Of a stretch of DNA of 64,000 nucleotides, positions 29,079-39,609 are shown in pieces. Numbering within the stretch: the stretch's first letter is position 1; each line of letters starts with the position of its first letter. Under the pieces are notes generated by a model, which saw only the letters and a program-made list of their open reading frames with translations, did not search any database and was not told where the DNA came from. Source of the stretch: Desulfomonilia bacterium (GTDB lineage: Bacteria; Desulfobacterota; Desulfomonilia; UBA1062); assembly GCA_050014195.1 (NCBI GenBank), contig JBEKDT010000017.1:34038-98037 (forward strand), read 5' to 3'. A program made the translations under genes and the position numbers.

Positions 29079-30404
29079 TTATCCCCTTCCGATGCCGAAA
29101 TAGGTAAACCCGTGTGAATGCATCTCAGGTGGATTGAGTATGTTTCTCCCGTCAAAGATTACAGGGCGCTTCAAGAGATCTTTCATGCGCTTGATGTCCG
29201 GGCTCTTGAACATGTTCCATTCGGTGATAATGGCCAGGGCATCGGACCCTTCAATGGCTGCGTAATGGTCATGCGCATATGTGATCCTCTCACCGAGAAT
29301 CCGTCGTGCATTCTCTTTTCCCTCGGGATCGAAGGCCTTTACTGTTATGCCCTGAGACAAGAGCGCTTCGATAATATCAAGAGCAGGTGATTCACGCACA
29401 TCATCGGTCTTGGGCTTGAAGGTGAGGCCCCAGATTGCGATTGTGATCTTGTTGAGATCCTCACCATGGAAGAAGTTGATTATCTTCTGGGCAAAGTAGC
29501 GCTTCTGCCGCTGGTTTGCACGCCAAGTCGCCTCACAGATCTCTAGGGTATGATCATTGCTCTTTGCAGTTGCAATAAGGGCCTGAACATCTTTAGGGAA
29601 ACATGAACCTCCAAACCCAGGCCCGGCAAGGAGGAAACGTGGGCCAATACGATCATCCGTGCCCATACCCTCCCTTACGAGGTCGATATTCGCACCGAGC
29701 TTATCACAGAGGATGGCAAGCTCGTTGATAAAGGATACCTTGGTAGCCAGGAAGCAGTTGGATGCGTACTTGGTGAGTTCCGCGCTTCTGATGTCCATTA
29801 CGATAATGGGATTGTTCGTCGTCTTGATGAAAGGGCTATAGAGCTCCTTGAGGATCTCGGCAGTGCGGACGTTGTCTGTGCCGATGATCACCCGGTCAGG
29901 CCGCATGAAGTCCTGGATGGCATTGCCTTCCTTGAGAAATTCCGGGTTGGACACCATGTCGAACTCCAAGTGTTTAAGCAGCCTGGCATCTAGTTTTCTC
30001 CTGATCGTATCGTGCACCTTCTCCGCGGTCCCTACCGGGACCGTGGATTTGTCGACAATGATCTTGTAGTCGTCTATGATGTCGCCAAGCTGGGAGGCGA
30101 CGGTGAGCACGTAGGAGAGGTCTGCCGAACCGTCTTTATCCTGCGGTGTGCCGACACAGATGAAACAAAGCAGGCTCTTCTTTACACCCTCCTGCAAGTC
30201 GGTGGTGAAGATGATCCTTCCTTCTTCCTTGTTTCGGGCAATGATGTCCTTGAGCCCGGGCTCATAGATAGGTACTTCTCCCCTCTGAAGCATAGAGATC
30301 TTTTCTGAGTTCTCATCAACACAAATAACATCATTGCCCATTTCAGCAAGACATGCCCCGGTAACAAGCCCAACGTATCCACTGCCGATCATACAGATTT
30401 TCAT
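29079..30404 (-). CDS. ugd: UDP-glucose 6-dehydrogenase (nucleotide-sugar dehydrogenase)
   Basis: The N-terminus 'MKICMIGSGYVGLVTGACLAEMGNDVICVD' and 'GGSCFPKD' match Ugd. Confidence 0.85.
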   Translation of the reverse strand: MKICMIGSGYVGLVTGACLAEMGNDVICVDENSEKISMLQRGEVPIYEPGLKDIIARNKEEGRIIFTTDLQEGVKKSLLCFICVGTPQDKDGSADLSYVLTVASQLGDIIDDYKIIVDKSTVPVGTAEKVHDTIRRKLDARLLKHLEFDMVSNPEFLKEGNAIQDFMRPDRVIIGTDNVRTAEILKELYSPFIKTTNNPIIVMDIRSAELTKYASNCFLATKVSFINELAILCDKLGANIDLVREGMGTDDRIGPRFLLAGPGFGGSCFPKDVQALIATAKSNDHTLEICEATWRANQRQKRYFAQKIINFFHGEDLNKITIAIWGLTFKPKTDDVRESPALDIIEALLSQGITVKAFDPEGKENARRILGERITYAHDHYAAIEGSDALAIITEWNMFKSPDIKRMKDLLKRPVIFDGRNILNPPEMHSHGFTYFGIGRG

Positions 30405-30552
30405 CTATGCCCCCAAGTCACTATGTCTAATCCAAGTAGTCCTATATCTCTTTGTTATCTAAATCAACTTAGTTATTATACAGGTATTAAGGAACTCAAT
30501 GCGTTATTATGAGTTGATTCGTATTACATTGCTTAAATTCAGTTTTACTTGT

Positions 30553-30628
<76 letters not shown>

Positions 30629-30665
30629 AACCGCTTGGATGTGTATTGGAATTTGGGGGGGCTTG

Positions 30666-30953
30666 TCAAGACTTTTCGTCTTCGCTGAAATCAAAGCTTT
30701 CAAGGGTTTCACCCTCTTCTTTGAGAACATCATCCATTGAAACTTCCTTGCTTTTTCGGGGTGTTTCCTGGCCAAGGAGGTCCTTGCGCTCTTCATCTAG
30801 TTTTTCGACGGCGAAGCCTTCATCGCTGATCTCGATTTCCGGTTGTTTTGTATAGATGTTGAGTTTTATCTTACTGGGGACAAGGTCTTCCCCGCAGCTC
30901 TTGCATCGGTCTAAGTAATCATAACTGATATAACCACATTTTGGGCACCTCAT
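30666..30953 (-). CDS. Small zinc-ribbon domain protein with an acidic C-terminus
   Basis: It has 'MRCPKCGYISYDYLDRCKSCGEDL', which is CPxCG…CxxCG. Confidence 0.5.
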   Translation of the reverse strand: MRCPKCGYISYDYLDRCKSCGEDLVPSKIKLNIYTKQPEIEISDEGFAVEKLDEERKDLLGQETPRKSKEVSMDDVLKEEGETLESFDFSEDEKS

Positions 30954-31072
30954 GTACGGTAACCTCCTAAGTGATATCTTAAGTTTATCGGTATAACGAA
31001 ATAATTACATTAGTAAAGCCATTTTCGTTTTCTGTATGATTCCAATGATGAATTCTTAAAGATAAAGATGGG

Positions 31073-31531
31073 ATGTACCAGATATGTCCCCTCGTGTTAT
31101 CATATGAGCGAATCATACAAGGCCATCAAGGAGAGGTTATGGACACAAGCCCAAAAATTCTATTCTGGGGTTTCAACAGCGATGAAAAGGACAGGTTCAA
31201 CAAGTTTCTCCAGGGGCTCGCCGCTCCGCAAACAGTCGTAATTGATCCTGATCAGGGCCATCTCCTGGTCCACGAGATCCTCTTTTCAGACAAGAGGGAA
31301 GAGGAGCCCCTTGACTCAGACGAGAAGATAATGTTTTTCTTCAATGTTCCTGCGGAGGTCATCCACAAGATTATGAACGAGGCAAAGAAGAAAGAACTTC
31401 CGCTACCCATTTTTGCCATGGTCACCAGGGAGAACATTTCCTGGAAGTTCAGCGACCTGGTCGATCATCTAAAAAAAGAGCATGAATTTGTCCAGAAGAA
31501 ACTGAAGGAGAAAAAAAGGAGGAAGAACTGA
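31073..31531 (+). CDS. Hypothetical protein
   Basis: It is a 152-aa ORF with no recognisable motif. The start is uncertain and the first in-frame ATG downstream of the track start is at 31139 (MDTSPK). Confidence 0.3.
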   Translation: MYQICPLVLSYERIIQGHQGEVMDTSPKILFWGFNSDEKDRFNKFLQGLAAPQTVVIDPDQGHLLVHEILFSDKREEEPLDSDEKIMFFFNVPAEVIHKIMNEAKKKELPLPIFAMVTRENISWKFSDLVDHLKKEHEFVQKKLKEKKRRKN

Positions 31532-31633
31532 TTGGACAACCAACCTACATCCTCACAACATCAAGAAGACCGCCTCCATGAAGCCGGTCTTATTATGAGT
31601 CATCCATATACTGATCGGAAGAGAGGTCCCGCG

Positions 31634-32362
31634 ATGAAGGCATCATTTCTAAAGAAGATCTCCATCATGGCAACCACAATCGCCCCAACTTTAGCAATCT
31701 CAATATATGTGCTCTACATGAGGTTAACCAATACTTATGACAGGGAACGCGCAAGCAATATACTCAGGTGGTGGTCTGCCCTCCTTCTCCGGTCTGTAGA
31801 AGCATCATGGGATGTAAAAAAAATCTATGATGTCAGCATAACACCGGGACGGCCATACATCATCATGTCAAACCACCGGAGCCATTATGATATCCCTCTC
31901 ATCTATGTCTCTCTACCCGGCAGCATACGTATGCTGACCAAGAAAGAACTCTTTAAGATCCCCCTATGGGGCAGGGGTATGAAGGCGGCTGAATTTATTT
32001 CTATCGATCGGAAAGATCATGAGCAGGCCCTCAAAGACCTTGATGAAGCACGCAGAATGATGCAGGGCGGCATAGTGCTCTGGGTAGCACCTGAGGGTAC
32101 AAGATCGCGTACCGGTAAACTCGGTGAATTCAAAAAAGGGGGTTTCATGCTCGCCCTTCAGACAGGTGCCATCATCATCCCAGTCGGCATCAAAGGCTCG
32201 GAGAATATACTCAAGCCTGATAAATTTGAATTCTATCTTGGGCAACAGGTCCAGGTGAATATCGGTGAGCCCATAGATGCCTCGCATTATAGTCTGGATG
32301 AGCGGGATCGCCTGATGGATGATGTCCGAAAGGCGATCCTGGCATTGGCGGAGGAAAACTAA
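31634..32362 (+). CDS. plsC: 1-acyl-sn-glycerol-3-phosphate acyltransferase-like (lysophospholipid acyltransferase family)
   Basis: It has an HX4D motif in 'MSNHRSHYDIPL' and 'PEGTRSRTGKL'. The track start at 31532 is a TTG; ATG alternatives are at 31595 and 31634. Confidence 0.65.
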   Translation: MKASFLKKISIMATTIAPTLAISIYVLYMRLTNTYDRERASNILRWWSALLLRSVEASWDVKKIYDVSITPGRPYIIMSNHRSHYDIPLIYVSLPGSIRMLTKKELFKIPLWGRGMKAAEFISIDRKDHEQALKDLDEARRMMQGGIVLWVAPEGTRSRTGKLGEFKKGGFMLALQTGAIIIPVGIKGSENILKPDKFEFYLGQQVQVNIGEPIDASHYSLDERDRLMDDVRKAILALAEEN

Positions 32363-32436
32363 ATATATCTGATGAAGGCTCCTGCAGAAAATAAAAACCT
32401 GGTTCTCTGAAACCGGCCGGCCTCAGATGCTTATCA

Positions 32437-33150
32437 TTATGATGGGCGATAATACCCGTTCAAAAATATCGAAGTCCATTCATGAGGCAGATGGATCCGG
32501 CCTTTTGCCTGCCATTTTTTTACGGACCTCATAAAACGTTTCAGGTTCAGCTGTTTCATGATTCCAGGCAGCCTATCGAACTGATGCGCCTTATCAAGAT
32601 CGAGCACCCACAGGTTCTTGGTGTCATCTAAGAGTATATTTTTAATGTGGAGGTCCGCGTGATATACTCCTGAATCGTGAATTTTTCTGATGAGCATACC
32701 GGATTTTTTTAACAGCTCTGCGCTGTCTTCATGTACAGTTTCAAGATACATGAGGAGATCAACGGCGCCCGGTATGAGCCTCGAAATCACATCGATGGCG
32801 TAAAAAGGCCCTTCTTTAATCAGCCTCACAGCGATGATTTCCGGTGTGAGTATGCCACGAGAAATAAGATGGGCACTCGCCTTGAGTTCCCTCATGGTCC
32901 GATTCGGAGTTAAAAATCTCTTTCCTGTGATATGCCTGAAGAGACCGCCATGCATAAGGGTCCGAACTACCATATCGGGTTCTATGAATCTCAACGGGGA
33001 TCTCCCATTTAGCAAGGAGATTTTCCCGAGAGGTTCCTTTTTACAAGCCATACCCCACAAATGAGCCATGTCAGGTTTATAGATGAAGGTAAGACGGCCC
33101 TCCCTGCGGATACGGTAATCCAGCACTTCCAAGTCTAGTTTCATGTTCAT
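32437..33150 (-). CDS. Lipopolysaccharide kinase (Kdo/WaaP) family protein
   Basis: It has '[17 protein letters not shown]…WVLDLDKA', a kinase-like catalytic loop typical of Kdo/InaA-type LPS kinases. Its start overlaps the uvrB stop by ATGA. Confidence 0.6.
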   Translation of the reverse strand: MNMKLDLEVLDYRIRREGRLTFIYKPDMAHLWGMACKKEPLGKISLLNGRSPLRFIEPDMVVRTLMHGGLFRHITGKRFLTPNRTMRELKASAHLISRGILTPEIIAVRLIKEGPFYAIDVISRLIPGAVDLLMYLETVHEDSAELLKKSGMLIRKIHDSGVYHADLHIKNILLDDTKNLWVLDLDKAHQFDRLPGIMKQLNLKRFMRSVKKWQAKGRIHLPHEWTSIFLNGYYRPS

Positions 33151-35141
33151 CCCTCCACCGCCAGGTGGATACGTTTCAGCCGCTTGATCTCATCCCTGAT
33201 CTCGGCTGCCTCCTCAAACCGAAGGTCCTTGGCGGCCTTCATCATCTTCTTTTCCAGCTCCTTTATCGTCTCCTTTACCCTCCTGATCTCGATCGTACCC
33301 ATTGATGTCTTGATCTGTGCTGAGATGTCAGGATAGTCGCGCTCATATATGGATGCAAGGATATCCCGTATGTTCTTCTGGATGCTCCTGGGTGTGATAT
33401 TGTTGGCCTTATTATACTGCTCTTGCTTGATTCTTCTCCTGATGGTCTCGGAGTATGCCTTCTCAATGGACGCAGTCTTCATGTCGGCATACATAATGAC
33501 CTTGCCGTTGATATTCCTGGCCGCCCTGCCTGAAGTCTGAATGAGTGAGCGCGTGGATCGCAAGAAGCCTTCCTTGTCGGCATCCAATATGGCGACGAGC
33601 GTCACCTCAGGGATGTCAAGCCCTTCCCGCAAGAGGTTAATGCCGACCAGCACGTCAAAGACGCCCTCCCTCAGGCCCTTGACAAGCTCGATCCTCTCCA
33701 GTGTGTCGATATCCGAGTGCATGTATTTTATTTTGATATCAAGACCCTGAAAATAATCGGTGAGTTCCTCTGACATCCTTTTGGTAAGTGTGGTGACAAG
33801 CACTCGCCCCCCGTTATCCACGGTCTTCCTGATCTCGCGGTAGAGATCATCCACCTGGCCCGTTGCGGGTCTGATCTCGACGACCGGGTCCAGCAGGCCC
33901 GTAGGCCTCACGACCTGCTCCACAACGTTCCCCTTGGTCTGCTTCAGCTCATAGTCACCCGGGGTGGCTGAGACATAAACGATTGAGTTGACGATCCGGT
34001 TGAACTCATCAAACCGCAGTGGCCGGTTGTCCAGGGCTGACGGCAGCCTGAACCCGTATTCCACGAGGGTGGATTTTCTTGAGTGGTCGCCACGGTACAT
34101 GCCGATGAGCTGGGGTACACCCACGTGTGACTCATCCAGGAACACGAGGGTATTTTGGGGAAGGTAATCCATGAGGGTAGGGGGGGGCTCGCCCGGTCTG
34201 CGTCCGGTGAGGTGCCTGGAATAGTTCTCGATCCCCTTGCAGCTCCCGGTTTCCATGAGCATCTCAAGGTCGTACCGTGTCCTTTCCTCGATACGCTGTG
34301 CCTCGATGAGCCGGTTGTGCGCCTGGTAGAATGCAATCCGTTCTTTCAGCTCTTCTTTAATGGCATCGATGGCATTCAGCAGGATAGATCTCGGGGTCAC
34401 GTAGTGAGAGGCCGGGTAGATGGGGAAATGGCCTATCCGCTTGATCTTCTTGTTGCGGATCGTGTCGATTTGCCAGAGCATCTCAATATCGTCTCCAAAG
34501 AGCTCGATACGGATGGCGGTCTCATCTTCGTGAACCGGAAAGACCTCGATGACATCACCCCTGACCCGGAAGGTGCCTCGGTGGAAATCAAGGTCATTGC
34601 GCTCGTACTGGATCTCTACGAGCTTTTTCAGGATCTCGTCCCGCGTAAAGGCACGTCCTTCTTCCAGGTAGAGGAGCATACCCTGGTAGGCCTCGGGTGA
34701 CCCGAGGCCGTAGATGCAGGAAACAGAGGCCACGATGATGCACTCCTGCTGTTCGAATAGAGCGCGTGTAGCCCTGTGTCTGAGCTTGTCGATATCTTCG
34801 TTGATGGAGGAGTCCTTTTCGATGTACAGGTCCCGTGATGGCACGTATGCCTCGGGCTGGTAGTAATCGTAGTAACTGATAAAATATTCTACCGCATTGT
34901 CCGGGAAGAGCTCCCGGAACTCCCCGTAAAGCTGGGCTGCCAGGATCTTGTTAGGTGCGATTACGAGGGCGGGCCTGCCGGTGCGCTCGATCACACAGGC
35001 CATGGTAAAGGTTTTGCCCGAACCGGTCACCCCGAGGAGGACCTGGTCCCGCGTACCGCGTTCAATACCCTTACATAGCGCATCTATCGCCTGAGGTTGG
35101 TCACCCTGCGGGCTGAAGGGCGAGACGAGGTTATATGCCAT
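33147..35141 (-). CDS. uvrB: Excinuclease ABC subunit B
   Basis: It has '[14 protein letters not shown]' and helicase motifs, plus the C-terminal UVR domain '…[15 protein letters not shown]'. Confidence 0.95.
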   Translation of the reverse strand: MAYNLVSPFSPQGDQPQAIDALCKGIERGTRDQVLLGVTGSGKTFTMACVIERTGRPALVIAPNKILAAQLYGEFRELFPDNAVEYFISYYDYYQPEAYVPSRDLYIEKDSSINEDIDKLRHRATRALFEQQECIIVASVSCIYGLGSPEAYQGMLLYLEEGRAFTRDEILKKLVEIQYERNDLDFHRGTFRVRGDVIEVFPVHEDETAIRIELFGDDIEMLWQIDTIRNKKIKRIGHFPIYPASHYVTPRSILLNAIDAIKEELKERIAFYQAHNRLIEAQRIEERTRYDLEMLMETGSCKGIENYSRHLTGRRPGEPPPTLMDYLPQNTLVFLDESHVGVPQLIGMYRGDHSRKSTLVEYGFRLPSALDNRPLRFDEFNRIVNSIVYVSATPGDYELKQTKGNVVEQVVRPTGLLDPVVEIRPATGQVDDLYREIRKTVDNGGRVLVTTLTKRMSEELTDYFQGLDIKIKYMHSDIDTLERIELVKGLREGVFDVLVGINLLREGLDIPEVTLVAILDADKEGFLRSTRSLIQTSGRAARNINGKVIMYADMKTASIEKAYSETIRRRIKQEQYNKANNITPRSIQKNIRDILASIYERDYPDISAQIKTSMGTIEIRRVKETIKELEKKMMKAAKDLRFEEAAEIRDEIKRLKRIHLAVEG

Positions 35142-35235
35142 AATTTTTATGGTTTCCTCTGAGAACTGATTATCTCAAAACATTTAGAATTAATACGTGC
35201 CGGCAACATGACTTATTGAGATACCCATACAATAT

Positions 35236-36672
35236 TCATATCTTTTCCCAGACAGTACCTTCCGGGGAGTCTTTCAGCTGAATGCCCTTGTTCTTGAGCA
35301 TATCCCTTATTTCATCTGCCTTTTTAAAGTCTCGCGTCTTCCTGGCAAGGTTTCTCTCATCGATAAGTTTGCTTATCTCCTGTTCCGTAAGGCCTGTTAC
35401 CTGGACACTGCTGCCTCTTTTCATAGATTCCAGGAATAGTGCCGGTTCTTCCGTGAGTATGCCAAAAACCTCGGTGATCTCTTTAATCGCCTTGGCAAGT
35501 GCTGCTGTGTCTTCCGTGGATACCTTGGGATACTGGTCCAGGGCCCGGTTGATCTCTGTAGTGAGATCGTGCAGGGAGGCAATGGCCTTAGCCGTATTGA
35601 AATCATCGGCCATGGCCTCATCCAACTCTGCGATGAAGGTATTGATGTGTCCTTCAATGCGGGAATCCTGGCTGTCTGAAGCACTATGGGCAACCCTATC
35701 CAGCATCTCATAGAAACGTATAAGGGAATGTCTTACCGTACTCAGGGCATCGTGTGAGAAATCAATAGGGCTCCGATAATGGTGAGACAACATAAGCAGC
35801 CTCAATATCTCAGGGTGTACATCTTTGGTGAGCTCGCGGATGGTCATGAAGTTGCCAAGCGACTTGCTCATCTTCTCCCCATCCACGGTAACGAATCCAT
35901 TGTGTATCCAGTGCCTGACAAAGGGGACCCCATAGGCACATTCGGATTGGGCGGTCTCATTCTCGTGATGGGGAAAGATAAGGTCTCTGCCGCCTCCGTG
36001 GATATCAAGGGTGGGGCCTAAAAAATGCGTGCTCATAGCCGAGCACTCGATATGCCACCCCGGCCTGCCCTTTGACCAGGGGCTCTCCCACCAGGGCTCA
36101 CCTTCCTTGCTTCGTTTCCATAATGCAAAATCAAGCGGGTCCTTTTTCAGTTCCTCGATGTCGACCCTGGCACCGGCGATCATTTCTTCTGTCTTTCTCC
36201 CGCTGAGGCTCCCGTAACTCTTAAACTTCGAAACACTGAAATACACGCTGCCGTCACCTGCCTTATAGGCAAAGCCTTTATCCTCGAGGCGGCGAACCAT
36301 CTCAATAATGTCCTTAATGTGGTCCGTAGCCTTGGGTTCTCTATCGGCAGGCAGTACTTTTAAAATCTCCATGTCGGTCTTAAATTCATCGATGTAGCGG
36401 TCCGCCACCTCTCGATAGGATGTACCGAGTGCATTGGCCCTGGAAATAATTTTGTCATCGATATCCGTAAAGTTTCTTACATAGGTAAGCTTATAACCCT
36501 TTCTCCTTAAGAACCGTGATATGACATCAAAGACGATTAAAGAGCGTGCATGACCGATGTGACACATGTCGTAGACCGTTACCCCGCATACGTACATGCC
36601 CACGTTATTGCCGTTCAGAGGCTCAAAGATTTTCTTTTTTTTGAAGGGGGTGTTGAACACGTTCAGTTCCAT
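35236..36672 (-). CDS. cysS: Cysteine--tRNA ligase
   Basis: It has 'GMYVCGVTVYDMCHIGHARS' (HIGH region) and 'KMSKSLGN'. Confidence 0.95.
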   Translation of the reverse strand: MELNVFNTPFKKKKIFEPLNGNNVGMYVCGVTVYDMCHIGHARSLIVFDVISRFLRRKGYKLTYVRNFTDIDDKIISRANALGTSYREVADRYIDEFKTDMEILKVLPADREPKATDHIKDIIEMVRRLEDKGFAYKAGDGSVYFSVSKFKSYGSLSGRKTEEMIAGARVDIEELKKDPLDFALWKRSKEGEPWWESPWSKGRPGWHIECSAMSTHFLGPTLDIHGGGRDLIFPHHENETAQSECAYGVPFVRHWIHNGFVTVDGEKMSKSLGNFMTIRELTKDVHPEILRLLMLSHHYRSPIDFSHDALSTVRHSLIRFYEMLDRVAHSASDSQDSRIEGHINTFIAELDEAMADDFNTAKAIASLHDLTTEINRALDQYPKVSTEDTAALAKAIKEITEVFGILTEEPALFLESMKRGSSVQVTGLTEQEISKLIDERNLARKTRDFKKADEIRDMLKNKGIQLKDSPEGTVWEKI

Positions 36673-36762
36673 GGTTTCTCCTTGGGTACATCCTAAAGTA
36701 ACGTTCGTTTCAGGGAATAACAGGTTAACACATGAGAGATTCAGGATAAAGGGTTTTGGAGG

Positions 36763-37239
36763 TTACTTCTTTTCCAGGAGCACCACGGCCTGAGCAGCGA
36801 TGGCCCGGCCTTCGCCGATATCCCCGAGGCCCTCGTGGGTGCGGAATTTTACTGAAACAGCTGATGGATCAATACCTGCCGCCATCGCAATAGTGTTGAT
36901 CATTTCAGACCGATAGCCGGCCAGTCTCGGTCTTTCGCAGATGCAGTTGATGTCGATGTTGACAAGCACATAATTGCTTGCCGCTGTTTTGATGATGGCT
37001 TGCAGCATGTTCAGAGAGTTCATGCCCTCGGTTTCTTTTGCGCTGTCGGGATACAGCTCGCCGATGTCGGTATGCGCTAACGCGCCCAGGATTGCATCAC
37101 ACACCGAGTGGATGATTACGTCACCATCGGAATGGCCGAGCAGCCCTTTATCATGTCGGATGGTTACACCTCCGAGGATCAGGGACCTTCCTTCAACCAG
37201 TCTATGAATGTCAAAGCCTATTCCAACCCTGTACGGCAT
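36763..37239 (-). CDS. ispF: 2-C-methyl-D-erythritol 2,4-cyclodiphosphate synthase
   Basis: It has 'YRVGIGFDIHRL…GHSDGDV'. Confidence 0.9.
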   Translation of the reverse strand: MPYRVGIGFDIHRLVEGRSLILGGVTIRHDKGLLGHSDGDVIIHSVCDAILGALAHTDIGELYPDSAKETEGMNSLNMLQAIIKTAASNYVLVNIDINCICERPRLAGYRSEMINTIAMAAGIDPSAVSVKFRTHEGLGDIGEGRAIAAQAVVLLEKK

Positions 37240-37898
37240 CTCAGGATTGCCTCCGCCATAATGATATCGTCCTTGAAGGTTATCTTTACATTGAGCGGAT
37301 CACCCTCAACGATTCTTACCGTTTTTCCTGCTGCCTCCAAGAGGGCGCTGTCGTCGGTGAACAGGAGCGGGCCATTTTGAAGGGCCTTTTCATGTGCCTC
37401 CAGAAGTGTTTTTGTGACAAAGGCCTGGGGGGTCTGGACCTGATAGAGGCTTCCCCGGGGTATGGTTTCCACTACCATACCATTATGTGCCTTTTTCAAG
37501 GTATCGGTCATCTTAAGGGCGGGGATGCACCCGTCAACACCTTCTAGGCCCTTGATCACTCGGTCGATGAGGCTTGAGGAGACAAGCGGTCTTACCCCGT
37601 CATGGATAAGCACTGCATGGCTTTCATGGGCGCACTGTAATCCATTCATGACCGATTCCTGCCTGGTTCTGCCGCCCTTGGTTATGACAAGCTCTTTCCC
37701 CATATCTGTGAGCATCCGCCGGGTCTGCGATATATCTTCTTCGGGTACGACAACGACAAGCCTGTCGATTGCCGTGGTTGCATCGAAGCAGGAAACCGAC
37801 CTCTTCAGGACAGGAACGCCGAGGAGATCGAGGAACTGCTTTTTCAGGCCGAACCGGGCTCCGCTGCCTCCGGCAACGATGAGAGCGCTAAAAGACAT
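37218..37898 (-). CDS. ispD: 2-C-methyl-D-erythritol 4-phosphate cytidylyltransferase
   Basis: It has 'ALIVAGGSGARFG…KQF'. It overlaps ispF by 22 nt. Confidence 0.9.
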   Translation of the reverse strand: MSFSALIVAGGSGARFGLKKQFLDLLGVPVLKRSVSCFDATTAIDRLVVVVPEEDISQTRRMLTDMGKELVITKGGRTRQESVMNGLQCAHESHAVLIHDGVRPLVSSSLIDRVIKGLEGVDGCIPALKMTDTLKKAHNGMVVETIPRGSLYQVQTPQAFVTKTLLEAHEKALQNGPLLFTDDSALLEAAGKTVRIVEGDPLNVKITFKDDIIMAEAILRCRTGLE

Positions 37899-38874
37899 TG
37901 TTTTTAGGCGCTGCGAAAATCATCCTGCCGGCGGGGGTCTGGAGAATAGATGTTACAACAACTTCGATACTCTGATTAAGAAGGCTCTCCCCTTGCTCTA
38001 CCACGACCATGGTCCCGTCATCCAGGTACGCCACACCCTGACCGCGCTCCTTACCCGCTCTGGTGACATTTACCGACAGGCTCTCCCCAGGCAGTACAAT
38101 GGGTTTGACTGCATTGGCGAGCTGATTGATGTTCAAAACATCCACACCCTGGATCTGAGCGATCTTGTTCAGGTTGAAGTCGTTTGTAAGGATATCTGCG
38201 CCGAGGTCTTTGGCTAAAGCAATGAGCTTGGAGTCGACCTCTTTGATCTTGGGGAAATCTATCTCTATAACCTCTATCTTGGCATTCGGGCTCTTCTGGA
38301 GTTTGTTGAGGATATCGAGACCACGCCTTCCACGTGCTCGCTTGAGAGGATCGGAGGAATCGGCAATATGCTGCAGCTCGTTCAGGATGAACTGGGGTGC
38401 GATCAATGTCCCCTCGATGAACCCGGCATCGGAGATGTCCGAAATCCTGCCGTCAATGATGACACTCGTATCGAGGATCTTCAGCTTGGTGTTTTCGCCT
38501 TTGGATTTCTTTTGGAATATGGGGAGAGAGGAAATTTCTCTGCCCCAGGCGAGACCGACACTGTAGCCCAGATAGGCGAACATGGTATTGATGAGGATGA
38601 AGAGATAGATTCCACTCGCATTGATCCCGATGAGTACATATCCTAAAAGGCTGCCGATGATAAGGCCAAGGATCGTCCCGACGAGGCCGCCTGCATAAGC
38701 CATGGGATGAAGCTTGAAGCCCTTTGTTTCGCTGAAAAAAATGGCAAAGAGACAAATTTCGGAAATGAGCGGCAGGACTATGATCCAGATCCCACTTCCC
38801 ATTTGTTCAGATGCATACTGAAAGGACCCATAGAATACAACCAGGGCAATGAGAATGCGTAACATCCATTTCAT
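37888..38874 (-). CDS. yacL: PIN and TRAM domain membrane protein (YacL-like)
   Basis: It has N-terminal TM helices, a PIN domain 'ILDTSVIIDGRI', and a C-terminal TRAM beta-barrel. It sits in the conserved carD-yacL-ispD-ispF-cysS order. Confidence 0.75.
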   Translation of the reverse strand: MKWMLRILIALVVFYGSFQYASEQMGSGIWIIVLPLISEICLFAIFFSETKGFKLHPMAYAGGLVGTILGLIIGSLLGYVLIGINASGIYLFILINTMFAYLGYSVGLAWGREISSLPIFQKKSKGENTKLKILDTSVIIDGRISDISDAGFIEGTLIAPQFILNELQHIADSSDPLKRARGRRGLDILNKLQKSPNAKIEVIEIDFPKIKEVDSKLIALAKDLGADILTNDFNLNKIAQIQGVDVLNINQLANAVKPIVLPGESLSVNVTRAGKERGQGVAYLDDGTMVVVEQGESLLNQSIEVVVTSILQTPAGRMIFAAPKNNVF

Positions 38875-38893
38875 ATCAATATCCCATCCTATT

Positions 38894-39403
38894 TTAGGAA
38901 GATGATGCCGTGTCGATTTTCCCCATTGCGGAAAGAATCATCTTTTCAGCATCTTTTTTTTCAATTTTTTTTGATATCGAGATCTCGTTAACCAGGAGGT
39001 TCTTGGCAGTGTCATACATCTTCCTCTCACCGAAAGAGAGTTCCTTACCTCGCTTGAGGATATTAAGGTCTCTCAATACCTCTGCGATCTCATAGGCCGA
39101 ACCGCTTTTGATCTTTTCCATGTATTCGCGATACCGGCGGTTCCATGTCTGGTTATCGACATGAACGGATCGCTGTTTAAGGATATCAATGACCTGATCG
39201 ATCCCTTTATTTTTAATGAGTTCTCGGATGCCGACATTCTTTACATTTGACACAGGGACCATGACTGTCATCTGAGTATCGATGATCTTCAGTATGATGA
39301 AAGACATTTTACTGCCCGAGATCTCTCTATCCTCCACCAATTCCACTTCAGCAACCCCATGTGCTGGGTATACAACTATATCTCCGACCTTGAACATGAG
39401 CAA
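38894..39403 (-). CDS. carD: CarD/CdnL family transcriptional regulator
   Basis: It has 'MFKVGDIVVYPAHGVAEV', the CarD_CdnL_TRCF RNAP-interacting domain. Confidence 0.8.
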   Translation of the reverse strand: MLMFKVGDIVVYPAHGVAEVELVEDREISGSKMSFIILKIIDTQMTVMVPVSNVKNVGIRELIKNKGIDQVIDILKQRSVHVDNQTWNRRYREYMEKIKSGSAYEIAEVLRDLNILKRGKELSFGERKMYDTAKNLLVNEISISKKIEKKDAEKMILSAMGKIDTASSS

Positions 39404-39609
39404 TATCCCTTTCCTGTATAGGGAACAATAGCAATTCAGCGCAATTTAGTCAAGGCTACCTGAGGAATTATCCATAAAAGATAAATAATTATAGAATATA
39501 AAGCGTAAATAGACACATCATCAAGCATCTACCTTCAAGAGATCCCCTTTAGCCCCAAAGGACCGAGATCCTTGACTTACAGGTATGAGATATGAGAACA
39601 CCTTAGTCC

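Noticed and set aside
28817-29155. 112-aa minus-strand ORF between kce and ugd
   Set aside because: Its first 77 nt overlap the ugd 3' end in another frame. Only the last approximately 64 aa (from the ATG at 29008) could be real. That part is hydrophobic but has no motif or clear RBS, so I left it unannotated.
37888-38874. PIN-domain protein, as a possible toxin or defence component
   Set aside because: It has the YacL architecture (TM + PIN + TRAM) and sits in the conserved carD-yacL-ispD-ispF-cysS housekeeping cluster. It is not a toxin-antitoxin or defence island.
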